A DNA stretch of 57,801 bases, the filler included, from Trypethelium eluteriae (lineage: Eukaryota), in assembly GCA_051942245.1 (NCBI GenBank). It is 3 parts of 3 records of this genome, joined end to end, with 100 filler letters (N's around TTAATTAATTAA, not from the genome) between each part and the next. Parts side by side here need not be neighbours in the genome. Positions count along the whole stretch, not along the records: positions 38,718 to 57,801 come from JAVECL010000535.1; 2 more parts are not named here. The stretch is one strand, 5' to 3'. Positions 45,187-56,230 of this stretch are shown here, piece after piece. A program made the translations under genes and the position numbers. Positions within the stretch are counted from its first letter, which is position 1; every line of letters begins with the position of its first letter. The notes under the pieces were generated by a model. That model saw only the letters and a program-made list of their open reading frames with translations, made no database searches and was not told the origin of the DNA.

Positions 45187-48100
45187 ATGCGCCAGTATCC
45201 TCCCCATCTTGCGCCAGTATCACAGAAACATCTGATCATTGCAATTGTTGTACCATCCGGAGTCTTGATTCTCGCAGTCGCACTACTTCTAACATGGCTA
45301 CTTCGAAAGCGCTGGAAGGAACACAAACGAGCAATGGAGGTTCTTACCGAACAGGACTTGATAGTAATGCCTGTCCGCGAAGGCATTTTATCTGCCGCAT
45401 CTCATCCTGGATCGACACAGAGACGAAATTTATTTCCTCCCTACGCGTCCACCCAAGGATGGGGTACTCTTCTCTCGCACGAAGATCTCGGAGAATCTCC
45501 TCTAGTCGACCACGCCCGCAACTGCAATGCTTTCGTCTCGTATCCTCTGCCGACTCGGAAGAAAGCTAAAACTCAACACACGTCACCGAAGCGAAAACGT
45601 TCTTTAGGAGCCAAGTCCATACCCCTCAAGAAATTCAAGGTCGTTAGTCGACTTTCGGCAATCGTGGAAAGTCCCAGGAGCCAGTCAGCAAAGACACCAT
45701 CTCCAGCGCTTGTGAGTAAAGATATGGAACCTCCTCCAGAGACACACCCGGCATTTTGTCGACAGCCGAAAGCAAGCAATCTCAACACACCACCAATTGA
45801 TACATTGTCGGCCTGTCCTGGAAGTCCTGCTCCGGATGCAGTACCTTCAAGTGCCAAGAAGCCAAAACCTCTAATAGCTCAAGTTGGGGTAATTGACATG
45901 GACGAGAAATCAGTACAATCCAAATGTGTTGGTAGATCGATATCAACGCCAATTATCTTCAGGTCTTCACCAAACGATACCCTCAGCGAGAATTCATCAG
46001 ATCGTAAACATCTTCAAGTTCATTCACGGCCGCGAAGCTTTTGTGGGCAACTTCCAAGTCAAGTTCCTCGCTTTCCTGTGCCTCCATTACCTCAGGTGCA
46101 TACAGTACAAAAGGGAATGGCTCGGTCTAGGAGCCATTACGAGCGTAGTCCATCTTGGCATTCTATGTCTAGTGCAGAATCAGGGTGCAGTTCGATACTT
46201 GGCAATTCACCGGCATGGAAATTAAGACGAATGTCCAAGGATTGCTCCTGGGGAAGCAACCTGGATCATGTGAAGGAAGGTGCCAATCGAGATTTAAGTA
46301 GGTCAATTGTTCGACCTGAGGCGCAACGCCAAACCTCTTTAATGGGAGAACATTGGCGACTTGGACGAGGACCTATTCATAGCAACACAGCAGAACTTGA
46401 TCTCGAATCCTACACTGGCAATTGTCTATCAAGAGCTAGCAGCTGCTCCTCCCTTGGCGGCATCAACCTTCCTTTCGCTCAGCTAAAAGCGACAGACAAG
46501 ACGGGCATCGGACGCATGTCCTTCCGAAGCTCAGACCATAGTGCTGGATCCAGACCAAAGTCAAAAATTCAGAATGTGAGGCACTCGCGTTCGAGGGTCA
46601 CGCTTGACGGCTCACCTGAAGAAAGAAGGGATCCAGCATTGGGCAATACATCCAGCGATTCCTTGGTATTCTCCAGGTGTGTCTCGGATACTTCAGAAAG
46701 ATCTTTGCGCAGCACAGAAAATGCCATCCACTGGGAAATATCCGGATCATCTGGCAAGCCTTCGGCACTTAAAGGTAGCCCGGGTGCACGCAAAGGTAAC
46801 AGGCGGTCAAACAACGTACGCATCTCAAGTCTAGCACCAACTGTTCTTGGTCAAGAGAATGAAGTGCGAATGTCTTCTCAGATTAGCAGGAGTTCAGAAA
46901 AGCCGTCCAAGACTACCAGCTTTTTTCAGGATGACCTCCTTCCAGGCCTTGGATTACCGACCATGGATAAATCAATAGACGTACCTGTCGTATCATCGTC
47001 TATTGCAAGCCAAAAGATACAACCGAAACCTCTGCGTACCTTCCTGACTTCTACCTCTCCTACCCTGTTGTGGACCAACCATCACCATGCGGAGAGTTGC
47101 ATTGAGAAAGGAGATCAAGAACTTGATTGTAAGCCGGGGGAGCCGTCTTTCAGTCTTAACATTCCGAATTTCCCAATTCCGACCAAAGACAAGAAGTGGG
47201 CGACTACAATGCGTTTAGAATCGCCCACAAGGACACCGTATTGCCAAACATTGTCAGCAAAGAGCATTGCTAGCTCATCCCCCTCTGCACGGAAGTCTGG
47301 AAAGACACTGCCAGAATCGCCGCTCGTGCCATCCTATCAATTTGCTACGGCAGATCCCGACGCGCCGTACGATCCAGCCTGGCCACATCTGCACATTTCA
47401 CCTAATCAATTGACAGGTAATTCATTAGATGATCTCAGGAGCCCATCCTTCAGTTGTCCTTTGCCTGATATCAGTCCCTCTCCTCAAGAGACCATTCCGA
47501 CACCACGCTCTTCACCCACACCCAACCATCAAATGTCTTCTCACGACAACTCTTCAATGCTAACCCATGCACCTGCCTCATCTCCTTCTCCGCCCATCTC
47601 TCCCAAGTCAAGGCCTGTTAGCTCCAACATTAGTTTTGGTAATCCGTTCAACTCTGCTCCGTTACATTTTCAAGCTCCCCTTGACGACGCTGAGCCACAA
47701 CGCCGACAATCAGAGAGTCTTGCTCTTTTCCCACTTGGACCGAGTCAGGAGCACCACCTTCAATCTCCCACCACTCAATTGCCAATCCTTGGAGCTCTCA
47801 GAGCGATACCTCTGGGACCGCGCGCACAGCCGCCTGTGCCAATCCGCAAATCAGTCGAAGCTCTGCGCCGGATGAACTCCGAAGCCGCCGGAGTCGACGA
47901 GGACGGCGAGAAGCGTTGGCGTCGCCTAGGCAGAGAAGCCAGTCCCGTACTTCCTGGGCTAGGCTTCCTCGACGGTAGCGCCGACATCTCTTGTCCCTCT
48001 CCAGCTATCAGTGAAGGCGGAACATGGGCTGGCGACCTCACAATGGAGGACATTCCAGGGCCTACTCCTTCCCGTAAGATGGGAAAAGGTGTCGACCACG

Positions 48101-48810
48101 ACGACTACGACGACTACGACGAAATTGACATGGCCGCCCTGGAAGAGGAGATCGTCAGCGGTCTCGAAGAAGCCGAAGCCCTCGAGCGCGAAGAGGCTGA
48201 AGCCCGGGAGCGACTTGGCCTTCGTCTCGAGCTTGATGCTTACGGCACGCCGAGTGCTCAGCGCGGCCTCAGCAGAAGCAGTACTCGCCAGCCGCTCGGT
48301 GGCATCCCGCAGGGTCGCAGCCCAGCCATGAGCTGCGTCCCCGAGGAGTCACCCTCTACCTTTCTCTCTGCCCAGCACACCAAGCTCCCCAACAATCCCA
48401 CTGCACTAACTCCGGCACCAAAGCCCAAGTTGACAAAGGGCGAGCAGGACCGGGCCCGGGACGAGGACCTGGACCCGGATCCGGAGCAGGAGCAGCAGGA
48501 TAACGGGCGGGCAAGCGCCAATGTTTGGGAGGATGGAGAGCGCTTCTGGGAGGAGACGGTGAATCAGGCGCGGCGGAGTCTGGCGCTGGAGATGGAGCGC
48601 AGGGCTCAGGAGCGGGAGAGTCGGTTGGAGAGTGAGCGGTGGGAAGAGAGGGCGAGGAAGGGGTTGGGAATCGCGATGATCAACGGGCAGGAGGGGAGTG
48701 CAGTGGGGGAGAAGATATGGGGAAGGTGGGGTGCGGGAAATGGTAATGGAGAGTCGAGTATTCAGGGTACGCCGAGGAGTTTGTATGATCGGGATGGATT
48801 TCTGAGATAA
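45187..48810 (+). CDS. Large Ser/Pro-rich hypothetical protein with a single N-terminal TM helix
   Basis: 1207-aa uninterrupted ORF from ATG 45187. TM LIIAIVVPSGVLILAVALLLTWLL followed by RKRWK; motif-like blocks KPSALKGSPGARKG, SVEALRRMNSEA, NVWEDGERFW and GTPRSLYDRDGFLR. Confidence 0.8.
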   Translation: MRQYPPHLAPVSQKHLIIAIVVPSGVLILAVALLLTWLLRKRWKEHKRAMEVLTEQDLIVMPVREGILSAASHPGSTQRRNLFPPYASTQGWGTLLSHEDLGESPLVDHARNCNAFVSYPLPTRKKAKTQHTSPKRKRSLGAKSIPLKKFKVVSRLSAIVESPRSQSAKTPSPALVSKDMEPPPETHPAFCRQPKASNLNTPPIDTLSACPGSPAPDAVPSSAKKPKPLIAQVGVIDMDEKSVQSKCVGRSISTPIIFRSSPNDTLSENSSDRKHLQVHSRPRSFCGQLPSQVPRFPVPPLPQVHTVQKGMARSRSHYERSPSWHSMSSAESGCSSILGNSPAWKLRRMSKDCSWGSNLDHVKEGANRDLSRSIVRPEAQRQTSLMGEHWRLGRGPIHSNTAELDLESYTGNCLSRASSCSSLGGINLPFAQLKATDKTGIGRMSFRSSDHSAGSRPKSKIQNVRHSRSRVTLDGSPEERRDPALGNTSSDSLVFSRCVSDTSERSLRSTENAIHWEISGSSGKPSALKGSPGARKGNRRSNNVRISSLAPTVLGQENEVRMSSQISRSSEKPSKTTSFFQDDLLPGLGLPTMDKSIDVPVVSSSIASQKIQPKPLRTFLTSTSPTLLWTNHHHAESCIEKGDQELDCKPGEPSFSLNIPNFPIPTKDKKWATTMRLESPTRTPYCQTLSAKSIASSSPSARKSGKTLPESPLVPSYQFATADPDAPYDPAWPHLHISPNQLTGNSLDDLRSPSFSCPLPDISPSPQETIPTPRSSPTPNHQMSSHDNSSMLTHAPASSPSPPISPKSRPVSSNISFGNPFNSAPLHFQAPLDDAEPQRRQSESLALFPLGPSQEHHLQSPTTQLPILGALRAIPLGPRAQPPVPIRKSVEALRRMNSEAAGVDEDGEKRWRRLGREASPVLPGLGFLDGSADISCPSPAISEGGTWAGDLTMEDIPGPTPSRKMGKGVDHDDYDDYDEIDMAALEEEIVSGLEEAEALEREEAEARERLGLRLELDAYGTPSAQRGLSRSSTRQPLGGIPQGRSPAMSCVPEESPSTFLSAQHTKLPNNPTALTPAPKPKLTKGEQDRARDEDLDPDPEQEQQDNGRASANVWEDGERFWEETVNQARRSLALEMERRAQERESRLESERWEERARKGLGIAMINGQEGSAVGEKIWGRWGAGNGNGESSIQGTPRSLYDRDGFLR

Positions 48811-49030
48811 CAAGGGAATAAGTCTTTCCTTTCGAGTTTTGGACTTTCCGTGGTCTATCAGTTGTGTTTGGGGCTTTGATTCTCTTGTGTAGCATTGTTC
48901 TTTGTGGCGACTGCCACTTTAGTCCAAACATGCAAAGCTGGGTTTCACATACCAATACCAGGTGCCATCCTCTGAACGCCTCGCTTCATACACATTGAAC
49001 ACGATGCCCGTCATCTTTTCACGTATGCGA

Positions 49031-50010
49031 CTAGTCGGACCTTCTCCATTTTGTTTCTTCCCCTTCTTCACCTCCATCCACATCTGCAGCTCCCTCGGCC
49101 TCACCTGCGTCTGCATCGTCCCTACCCCTGATCGTCCCAGCTCCTGGTCCTAGCCCTCCTCCAAATCCAATGAAATTTCCTTCCTCATCCATGAAGTCGG
49201 CCATATTCTCCGAGGTTATCCAGCCTCCTGCTCCTGGTATCCTGCTCTCGTCACCATCCTCTTGCTCACCTTCTTCCTGCTCCCCAGGCGTCCTGGGGTC
49301 AGGGTGCAGCTCCGCGCACGCGCTGACTGCGGCGTATAATTGCTCTGCCGAAGAGGTAATGGGATGAGCAGCTCCATCTTCAGGTAGCTCCTCGGAAGAT
49401 TGTGAAGGAGCGGACGGAGTAGACGGGGCGGGGACGAGGGAGAACTCGAGCGTATCGATGTCGTCGGAAATGGAGGGAGAGGTGAGGAAGAGCTGGATGT
49501 AGAGGGCTGGCACTGCAGGAGAGCCGGAGATAGCAGAGGGTGGAGTCAGGTGCTGAAGGGCATGGAGGGAGATCGTGGGGTAGCTAAGGGTTAGGCCATG
49601 GCGAGTGGTGGGAGAGTATAGGATGAAGTTCCTGTGGAAGAAATTAGCCGATTCATCTGGGAACTCCGACTGCAGATTGAGCCTGGGCCTGAATAAGAAA
49701 TAGGGACTGACTCAGAGGTAACCCAGATATCAATATCCGGCACTGTTATCTGGGTGTGCGTGGCATTCGCCGCTGCGTCGCCGTTGACTGACGCGCCGGC
49801 GCGAGTGGGCTCATGTTGCGCGCTATATAATCTTGAAAATGCTTCATTTGCCTCCAGTGCTTCTTTTTCTATAAGAAGTTGCGCATCAGTTGAGTGAAAG
49901 TGAAGAACGGGTTTGCCGCCGAAGAAAGTCTCGGGCGTCTGCTCTTGATGCTCTGCGAGGGGCGTGAAGTTTTCTATTGCAGGTGCGCTATGAACAATAT
50001 TGACCGCCAT
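49031..50010 (-). CDS. LOT5: Lot5/ICln-family protein (Voldacs domain)
   Basis: FTPLAEHQEQTPETFFGGKPVLH, IDIWVTSE/NFILYS...LSYPTISLHA (one intron ~49632-49711), LYAAVSACAELHPDP and GGWITSENM. Confidence 0.85.
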
Positions 50011-51211
50011 TGAGGAATGGAATCGAGTCAGTTAGTGTCAGAAGGCCGCCCAAGAGTTAACGCTATTCGATGGCTCTGAATGTAAGCTCTACAAATATAT
50101 TCAGTACAAGACGGTATGATTCATGATAAACCGCTCTCTTCAGCCTCGACAGGCACAAAATTCGCGAAATGACGTCAAAGGGTCCCTGTAAAAGATTATG
50201 GAGATGAACACTCCCAACATCTGTGTGAATAAGTGTCCAAGCTGGCTATTAGTCTCATGTAGTAGAGATTATGTCCCGAGTTCAGTATTCTACAGATCTA
50301 GGGTTACTTCCAGCAACGCAATGATTTTGAATATTTGCTAAGTGCAACTACCGCACGATATATTACGGCGCTTCATAAAAACCAGAAGCTGCCTTATCGT
50401 GGTGAAACCCTTTGCCATCTTGTCTAGAACGTACTCTGAACAAGTTGAAAGGCCTAGCAAGTAATGTATTTACGACGCTGTAGTAGTTTCTGTGGTAGAC
50501 CACAAATACCAATGCTGTCCGTGGAGCAGTCATCTTGTACAGTTTTTTCAACATTGAAGCTTTTGAGACGGTCTTCTGTGTGGTTGGGGTCGTATGTATT
50601 ACAATACCGTGCTCCTACTCTAAACCTGAAGACCTTCCAATTCGACAAATGCGGGAGATGAATGGTTCGATCAAATGCCTGTCTTGCCTCTCACCACCCA
50701 AAACTTCTTGTATCTAAATTTGAAGATCCCCACGATGAGCTCGCTTCCAGGATGCTCTCCTTACACTCCACAGTAATCATCTTGACCAAGGAAGCCTGCT
50801 TGGAAACCTGTCGAAAGGTCTCATGCTAATTCTCTTCAATCTTAGCTCTGTTGGTGCTTCGCCCTATCATTCATGAGGGATAGAAAACGCTCGCGTTGAT
50901 TGGCAGCTCGCGTATGCTACGTGACATTCGATCAGGAAGCACCCCTTGTAACTTCTAGATCGCTCCTGGTTGTGTCCCTAGGATCAGCGCTGCAACGGTT
51001 TGCAAGCAATTGTACGGAGTACTGCGACAAGCTTAGAAGTTGGCTTCGAGTGACGCCTGCCTTGGTTTCGAGGCAGCCTTGAGACGCCTCGAGGCAGCCT
51101 TGGGTAGTAGCAGATCTCGAGCATCTCCTACTGAATTTCTCGCCCCAGCTGGTGTGATCCGATATCAACATAATCTTACCCGCAGCAAATGTCCCCTTGA
51201 AGCCATTCCAG

Positions 51212-51858
51212 TCACTTGATTTCCATTCCCCCAAACATCCTATCCAACTCTTCCCCCTCCTTACTACTCCCCTGCTGCTGTCCCATCTCCATCCCCAGCC
51301 CTCCCTGTGGGCCAGTCTCTCGTTGAAACCCAGCGGCATTGCCAGCACCACTATCACTTGGACTTTGCACTCTTGTTGGCTCCAACAGCCTCTGCTCGCT
51401 ATCCAGCCATCCCGGTGCGAGCCTCCTCTTCTCCGCTAGCTCCTTCTCCCGCCTCTCCCGCTCCCACCCTTCCAATTCTCTCTCTGCATCCTGCTGCAGC
51501 TTCTCTAGGTGCTGCTGCAGCGCCCGGCAACTTGCGAGAATGTCGGAAGGGTGTGCGGCAGCGCCGCCAGAGGTGGAGATCACGTAGGCGGGTTTTGGAG
51601 CACCGGCAGGGTCTTGGCAAGCGGATTGCTGTTGTTGTTGCTGTTGTGGTGGGTCGAGGACTGAGGGCGGGAGTGTGGACGGAAGGGACTTGTATGTATA
51701 GGGAAGAGTTGGGGCGGTGGGAAGGTGGATGTAGGGGGAGACGGCGAGAGGAACTTGAGCGAGGAGCGGGTGAGTTTCTAGAGGCAAGGAAAAGGTATTA
51801 GTATGGTCCGAAGAGAGCGACACGATGAGATGTTTTTGCACGTACTTTCGTCGTTCAT
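51212..51858 (-). CDS. Conserved hypothetical protein with coiled coil
   Basis: ATG 51858, a short intron, then THPLLAQVPLAVSPYIHLPTAPTLPYTYKSLPSTLPPS...EKRRLAPGWLDSEQRLLEP...EGEELDRMFG. Confidence 0.75.
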
Positions 51859-52171
51859 GGTAGAGTTACTGAAGATACGCGGAGTTCTCAGTGGTACCAG
51901 ACAAGCAAAATGAGACACTGAGACTTAAGGGCCTAGCAGAACGGGAAGATCAAGAGTCATTACGACAGAGCGTTGAAGAACGTATTTGCGCGCGTAACAT
52001 TTGAACTGCGCTCCGAGTTGCAGATGCGGAGCTCGTGCGGAGGTGGGAGCGTAGCAAGACCTTACTGGATAAGATACTATCTAAAAAGTGAATAGTACGG
52101 CAGAATGTGTAGTTGACATTGCCATATGTCTCTATATAATACATTCGTAGTATCTTAAGATCTTTCAATGA

Positions 52172-53070
52172 TCATAAGCCCAAGGGATTGAGTACCCTAT
52201 CCTTCACAATCCTGTTCCCAATTTCACCACCGTTTTGCAGTGTGATCGCCCCAACGATTGCGTAGATGGTATGTGCTAACACAACGTCTATGCCAGATCC
52301 TGCCAAATTCCTCGTCTGGACAGCTGTGAGCATATTTATGACCATATTTGAGACCACCCGTAGTGGAGAGCTTACATTCTTTGGCTTCCATCTTATTACT
52401 TTTGCCAATCCATACGACTCGGCCAATTGGGCTAGTCTCGATTTATCCAACTCCTTGGCCTTCGCACTCTCCGTAAGCTTGTCTAAGCCATTAAGCGAGT
52501 GATGCTGAAAAGGAGTACGGCCGAACTCGTCAAGCTGGGGGTTTGAACTATTTTGTATTTCAGGATCGGGAGCAGTCAGAAGCGCCAGGCTTGTCTGAAG
52601 GTCCACGACCCGTTTACCTGCTCACATTAGCTCTAATCCATAGTGTTGATTTGATGTTGACTGATTTCTTCGCACCTACCAAAGTATGCCAATCGATCGT
52701 TGAATCCTCTCCTTCCATGATCAAAACTCTTGTGTGTAATAGCAAGCCATTTTACCTCCTCCGGTAGTAGCCTATCTCCTCCAGCACCTAATATTCGTAC
52801 GTAGACCTCATCAAGCTTTTCTTGGCTCTCGTTCACTTTGAATGTCATATGTTCTCGCTTGAAATTGGTTGGGACGGGGGCAACCATTGCTTTGGGCGTC
52901 TGCTGCCAACGGGGACGGTCTGCCGGATCTACATCCTCTTCGACTCTTAAGCGAAGAGAGGTGGTAAATGTAGAACTTTGGACAAGATGAGCGCGCTTTG
53001 GTTGGGGTCTTTTGCGAATAGCAGAATCTGTTGCCCGTTTGAGCGTCCGAAAGGGAAGATTGGTCGTCAT
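52172..53070 (-). CDS. MRPL15: Mitochondrial large-subunit ribosomal protein mL57 (RNase III-like fold)
   Basis: Basic N-terminal presequence, RWQQTPKAM, LLPEEVKWLAITHKSFDHGRRGFNDRLAYFG, VIRWKP and IYAIVGAITLQNGG. Two introns. Confidence 0.9.
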
Positions 53071-53315
53071 CTTTCAATTATAGAATCGGCTCGGGCGCTG
53101 CGATGTGGAACATGAATATGCACAGTCAATTTTTCGCTTTAAAACGCTGATGGAGAACGGACGGTGGCTCAATGCCAAATGCAGGTGGACCAAAATCTTC
53201 TTTAGGACGGGACTCAAAGCCAAAGCACGTGACAGCGCTGATCCTTGTCGCGTGTCAGTTCTTATGAACGCGTTCGAGCATTGAAACTCCCATAATTCCA
53301 GTCTGCTGGGTCATT

Positions 53316-54941
53316 ATGGTCTCGAGTCAAGATGCGAGGTCGAGTCTTGCTGAACGACTGGCGAAGGTCCTGCCGAAGGATGTTGAGCTCAACCTTCATC
53401 ATATCTCTACACCACCAACGCGTTGCGGTGCGATATTTTCTCCCCCACCCGGGGCAAAACCTGAACGAACTTATTGCGAAAAGCAATTCTTGGCCGTATC
53501 CATCAAAGCTCAGCATCGCGATGGCAGCCCTGCGGGTGTCTTAGCATACGCTATCGAAGTATATATCTACACCACCGCACATTTGACGACTGTCTTTGTT
53601 TCAAAGGCCGATTCTACGGGATATATTTCTCTTCTTAGTATACCTCGACATGAATCATCGCCACTCCGATCTGTTTCGACTACATTCATTTTGTGGCTTG
53701 TGGAAAGTCGACGGCGTCCAGGAAGGACACTCGTGGTTTCCCTGTTTGCGCGGGCGCAAGACCAGTACCTTTTCCCTGGGAGCATCGACAATGGTAAAAA
53801 GCATGTTCTGGACGATCGATCACTGGTCAAGTGGTGGTGCCGAGTGCTTGATCCACTATTAGCAACCCGACCATCTGAGGAAACCGTAACAAACCATGAA
53901 AGTCAGGACAGTGACGGTTTACTGGGTCCTCCAAGGCCTTCCCAAGGCTACCTCATTGTTCCAGGCTTCGATAAGTTTGAAACGGCCTCTTTTCTGCCTC
54001 AGAGCTACCGAAGTCAGCCTAAGGAACATAAAAGTTGGCAGCCCTGTCTCCATCCTCTTTATTCTATTGCTCCGGAACCAGCAGCTCCCCCACGGTGCCT
54101 AGTACCACACTTCCCCGATGATCCTAAATCCCGGTTTTTAGACGACCTTGACGAAGAACTCCCGGACTTGAAGAACAGTCAGGTCGAAGTCAGCCCGAGT
54201 AAGAAAGGTTCTGGGCAATGGAGAAGCATCAAGTCTTTGGACCAATTCTGGGAGATGATGGCTTTCCGCCAAGAGTGTTCATCAGGACGAATGGTCGGAT
54301 TCATTTGGATAAAATTCACTGCCTTTGGAGAAGACGAAGGAAGTGCCAGATTACAAGACCTTGTAGATGAGGACTCAGTGCCCTCTCAGCCAACGACAGC
54401 GACACCACCATCACAGCGTTCTGTTGGTGCTGGCAGACGCAAAGAGCAGAAGCTTACTGGTGTCATACATCCTCGTTTGCCACGTCTCAGGTCCTCAATC
54501 TCAGACAGCAAAACAGAAAAGTCCACTTACTATTACTGGCCACGTGAAAGTCGTGGCGAGATCGTCCTGGACGAAAAAGGATATGAGCGTGCGCACAATT
54601 TGCTACTTCAACTTGACTTCATCAGTCTGAATGTTGCAACATCAAGCACGGAGAAATGGATCGAGGAGGTCGGTGCTATCGCTGGAAGACCAGGAGGCTG
54701 GGATAAGCCTGTGATTGGGACAGCAGTCGAGCCAAATGCTCCCGAAGTGTCCACTGAAAGCATGTCATCCTCTACCGGACAATCTCATGTTGGCGCACAC
54801 ATAAAGACTTTAGACATGGCCACCATCAAGAAGAAGAGAAAACCTACAGATGTAGGCAATACTTCTGGAGACACAGCTAATGAGAGTCAAGTGAAGGACA
54901 TTCCAATATCCTCCATAAGGAAGAAACCGAAGCCTTCATAA
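53316..54941 (+). CDS. RTT109: Histone H3-K56 acetyltransferase Rtt109
   Basis: 541-aa ORF with VFVSKADSTG, SLFARAQDQYLFPGS...KHVLDDRSLVKWW, PHFPDDPKSRFL and FWEMMAFRQECSSGRMVGF; basic C-terminal tail. Confidence 0.95.
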   Translation: MVSSQDARSSLAERLAKVLPKDVELNLHHISTPPTRCGAIFSPPPGAKPERTYCEKQFLAVSIKAQHRDGSPAGVLAYAIEVYIYTTAHLTTVFVSKADSTGYISLLSIPRHESSPLRSVSTTFILWLVESRRRPGRTLVVSLFARAQDQYLFPGSIDNGKKHVLDDRSLVKWWCRVLDPLLATRPSEETVTNHESQDSDGLLGPPRPSQGYLIVPGFDKFETASFLPQSYRSQPKEHKSWQPCLHPLYSIAPEPAAPPRCLVPHFPDDPKSRFLDDLDEELPDLKNSQVEVSPSKKGSGQWRSIKSLDQFWEMMAFRQECSSGRMVGFIWIKFTAFGEDEGSARLQDLVDEDSVPSQPTTATPPSQRSVGAGRRKEQKLTGVIHPRLPRLRSSISDSKTEKSTYYYWPRESRGEIVLDEKGYERAHNLLLQLDFISLNVATSSTEKWIEEVGAIAGRPGGWDKPVIGTAVEPNAPEVSTESMSSSTGQSHVGAHIKTLDMATIKKKRKPTDVGNTSGDTANESQVKDIPISSIRKKPKPS

Positions 54942-56082
54942 CGCCTCGCATTTTTTTTTTTTTGCAATAAATTCGGTAGCCAGCATTCTCGGCCGTTGGC
55001 GATATTGCAACTGGAATGATTGCTGCTGTAGTATCGTGTCAGTGGAGGGTATTTGACGAATCACGATGGCAGTCACTTGAACATGTGACTTAGCAGCAAT
55101 GCGGCAGATGCTGGTCTCATCGTCGCCAATCGGTTTGCTGTTTACGTATTAATGGAAAGCGGAAATTTAGTTAGGATTTGGACTTTATAGATGGTGGAGT
55201 GCATTGGGAAACTGAGCAGAGGGGCTTATTGGGATGTCAGGCATTACATCAGGATGCTTTGGAATGCCAGTCTGCTTTTCGCGATACGTTGAGGTGCAAC
55301 CTCAGTACCGTATGCAACTAATGGGCCGTGATCCCTCACGAAAACGGTGCATATTCACTGATCTCTTCTGAGGATATGGCATAACGGACGATAACGCAAG
55401 GAGACACACTTGTTTCTCGCTAACATAGAGCACGTCGATGACAATTCACATTGTCTATTGCCAATGGTTTGTTACAGGTAGTCGCAATAGGATGATGTAG
55501 TTGAGATATTTGATTTGTTGCGACAAACTTTAGACACGAGCCACCCATAAGACTAAGTATCATTCCATTGAATGGTCATAAAATGTTTACCCATACAGCA
55601 CTAATAGATAGATATGCTTTTTTGTTCATCTAAAACTAGCAGACCATCATGGATGCTGACTACGGCAATTGGGCTAATCCACCGCCTAAGTACAAGCCAA
55701 CGATTATGGTATTCGAGCATTCTATCTAAGCCAACAACAACACTGAATAGCTTCAGAGATTCATCCAAAATGCACGATGGCATTGAAAGAATGATGCATG
55801 ATCAAATGCAGTGAAAATTGGTAGATTGGCGCTCATCGTAGGCCAGACAGACGGCTATCGTGAAATTGCTATTGGCAATCGTTCGACATTTAAAAGATAG
55901 CCGATCCTTACAATAAGCCATGATCGTCATACTGAAGTGCTGAATTTGTGCAGGGTGGCAGCATGAATGCACCAACGCATGAACGCATTGACGGAGGAAC
56001 GGATGCACCGAATGCACCGGATGGCTGCATGATGCGGGTCGGGCCGTGCCGCGGAGACCTGCATGCAGCGCCGATGCGACAG

Positions 56083-56230
56083 GCACGTGGCAAGCCACGT
56101 GCTAGACCCTTGATAACTAAGCTGTTATGCAACCAGAGCGCGTGCCTAGCGCCTGGAGCAAGTATAAGTTCTTGCTCTCTCTCCCAACTCTCCTTCCTTT
56201 CTTTTTTTTCTTCACAGTGCAGACCAGCTT
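56083..56230 (+). promoter_or_regulatory. Putative promoter: palindromic pair of CACGTG boxes, TATAA and a CT-rich tract
   Basis: GCACGTGGC-AA-GCCACGTGC at 56083-56102, TATAAG at ~56163, a pyrimidine-rich tract, then intron-like GTAAGT...GCTAAC..TAG (56419-56488). Confidence 0.35.

Noticed and set aside
56083..56125. Helitron 3' end (hairpin plus CTRR)
   Set aside because: CTAG overlaps the hairpin end rather than lying ~11 nt downstream, the next CTAA is not followed by T, and no Rep/helicase remnant is seen.
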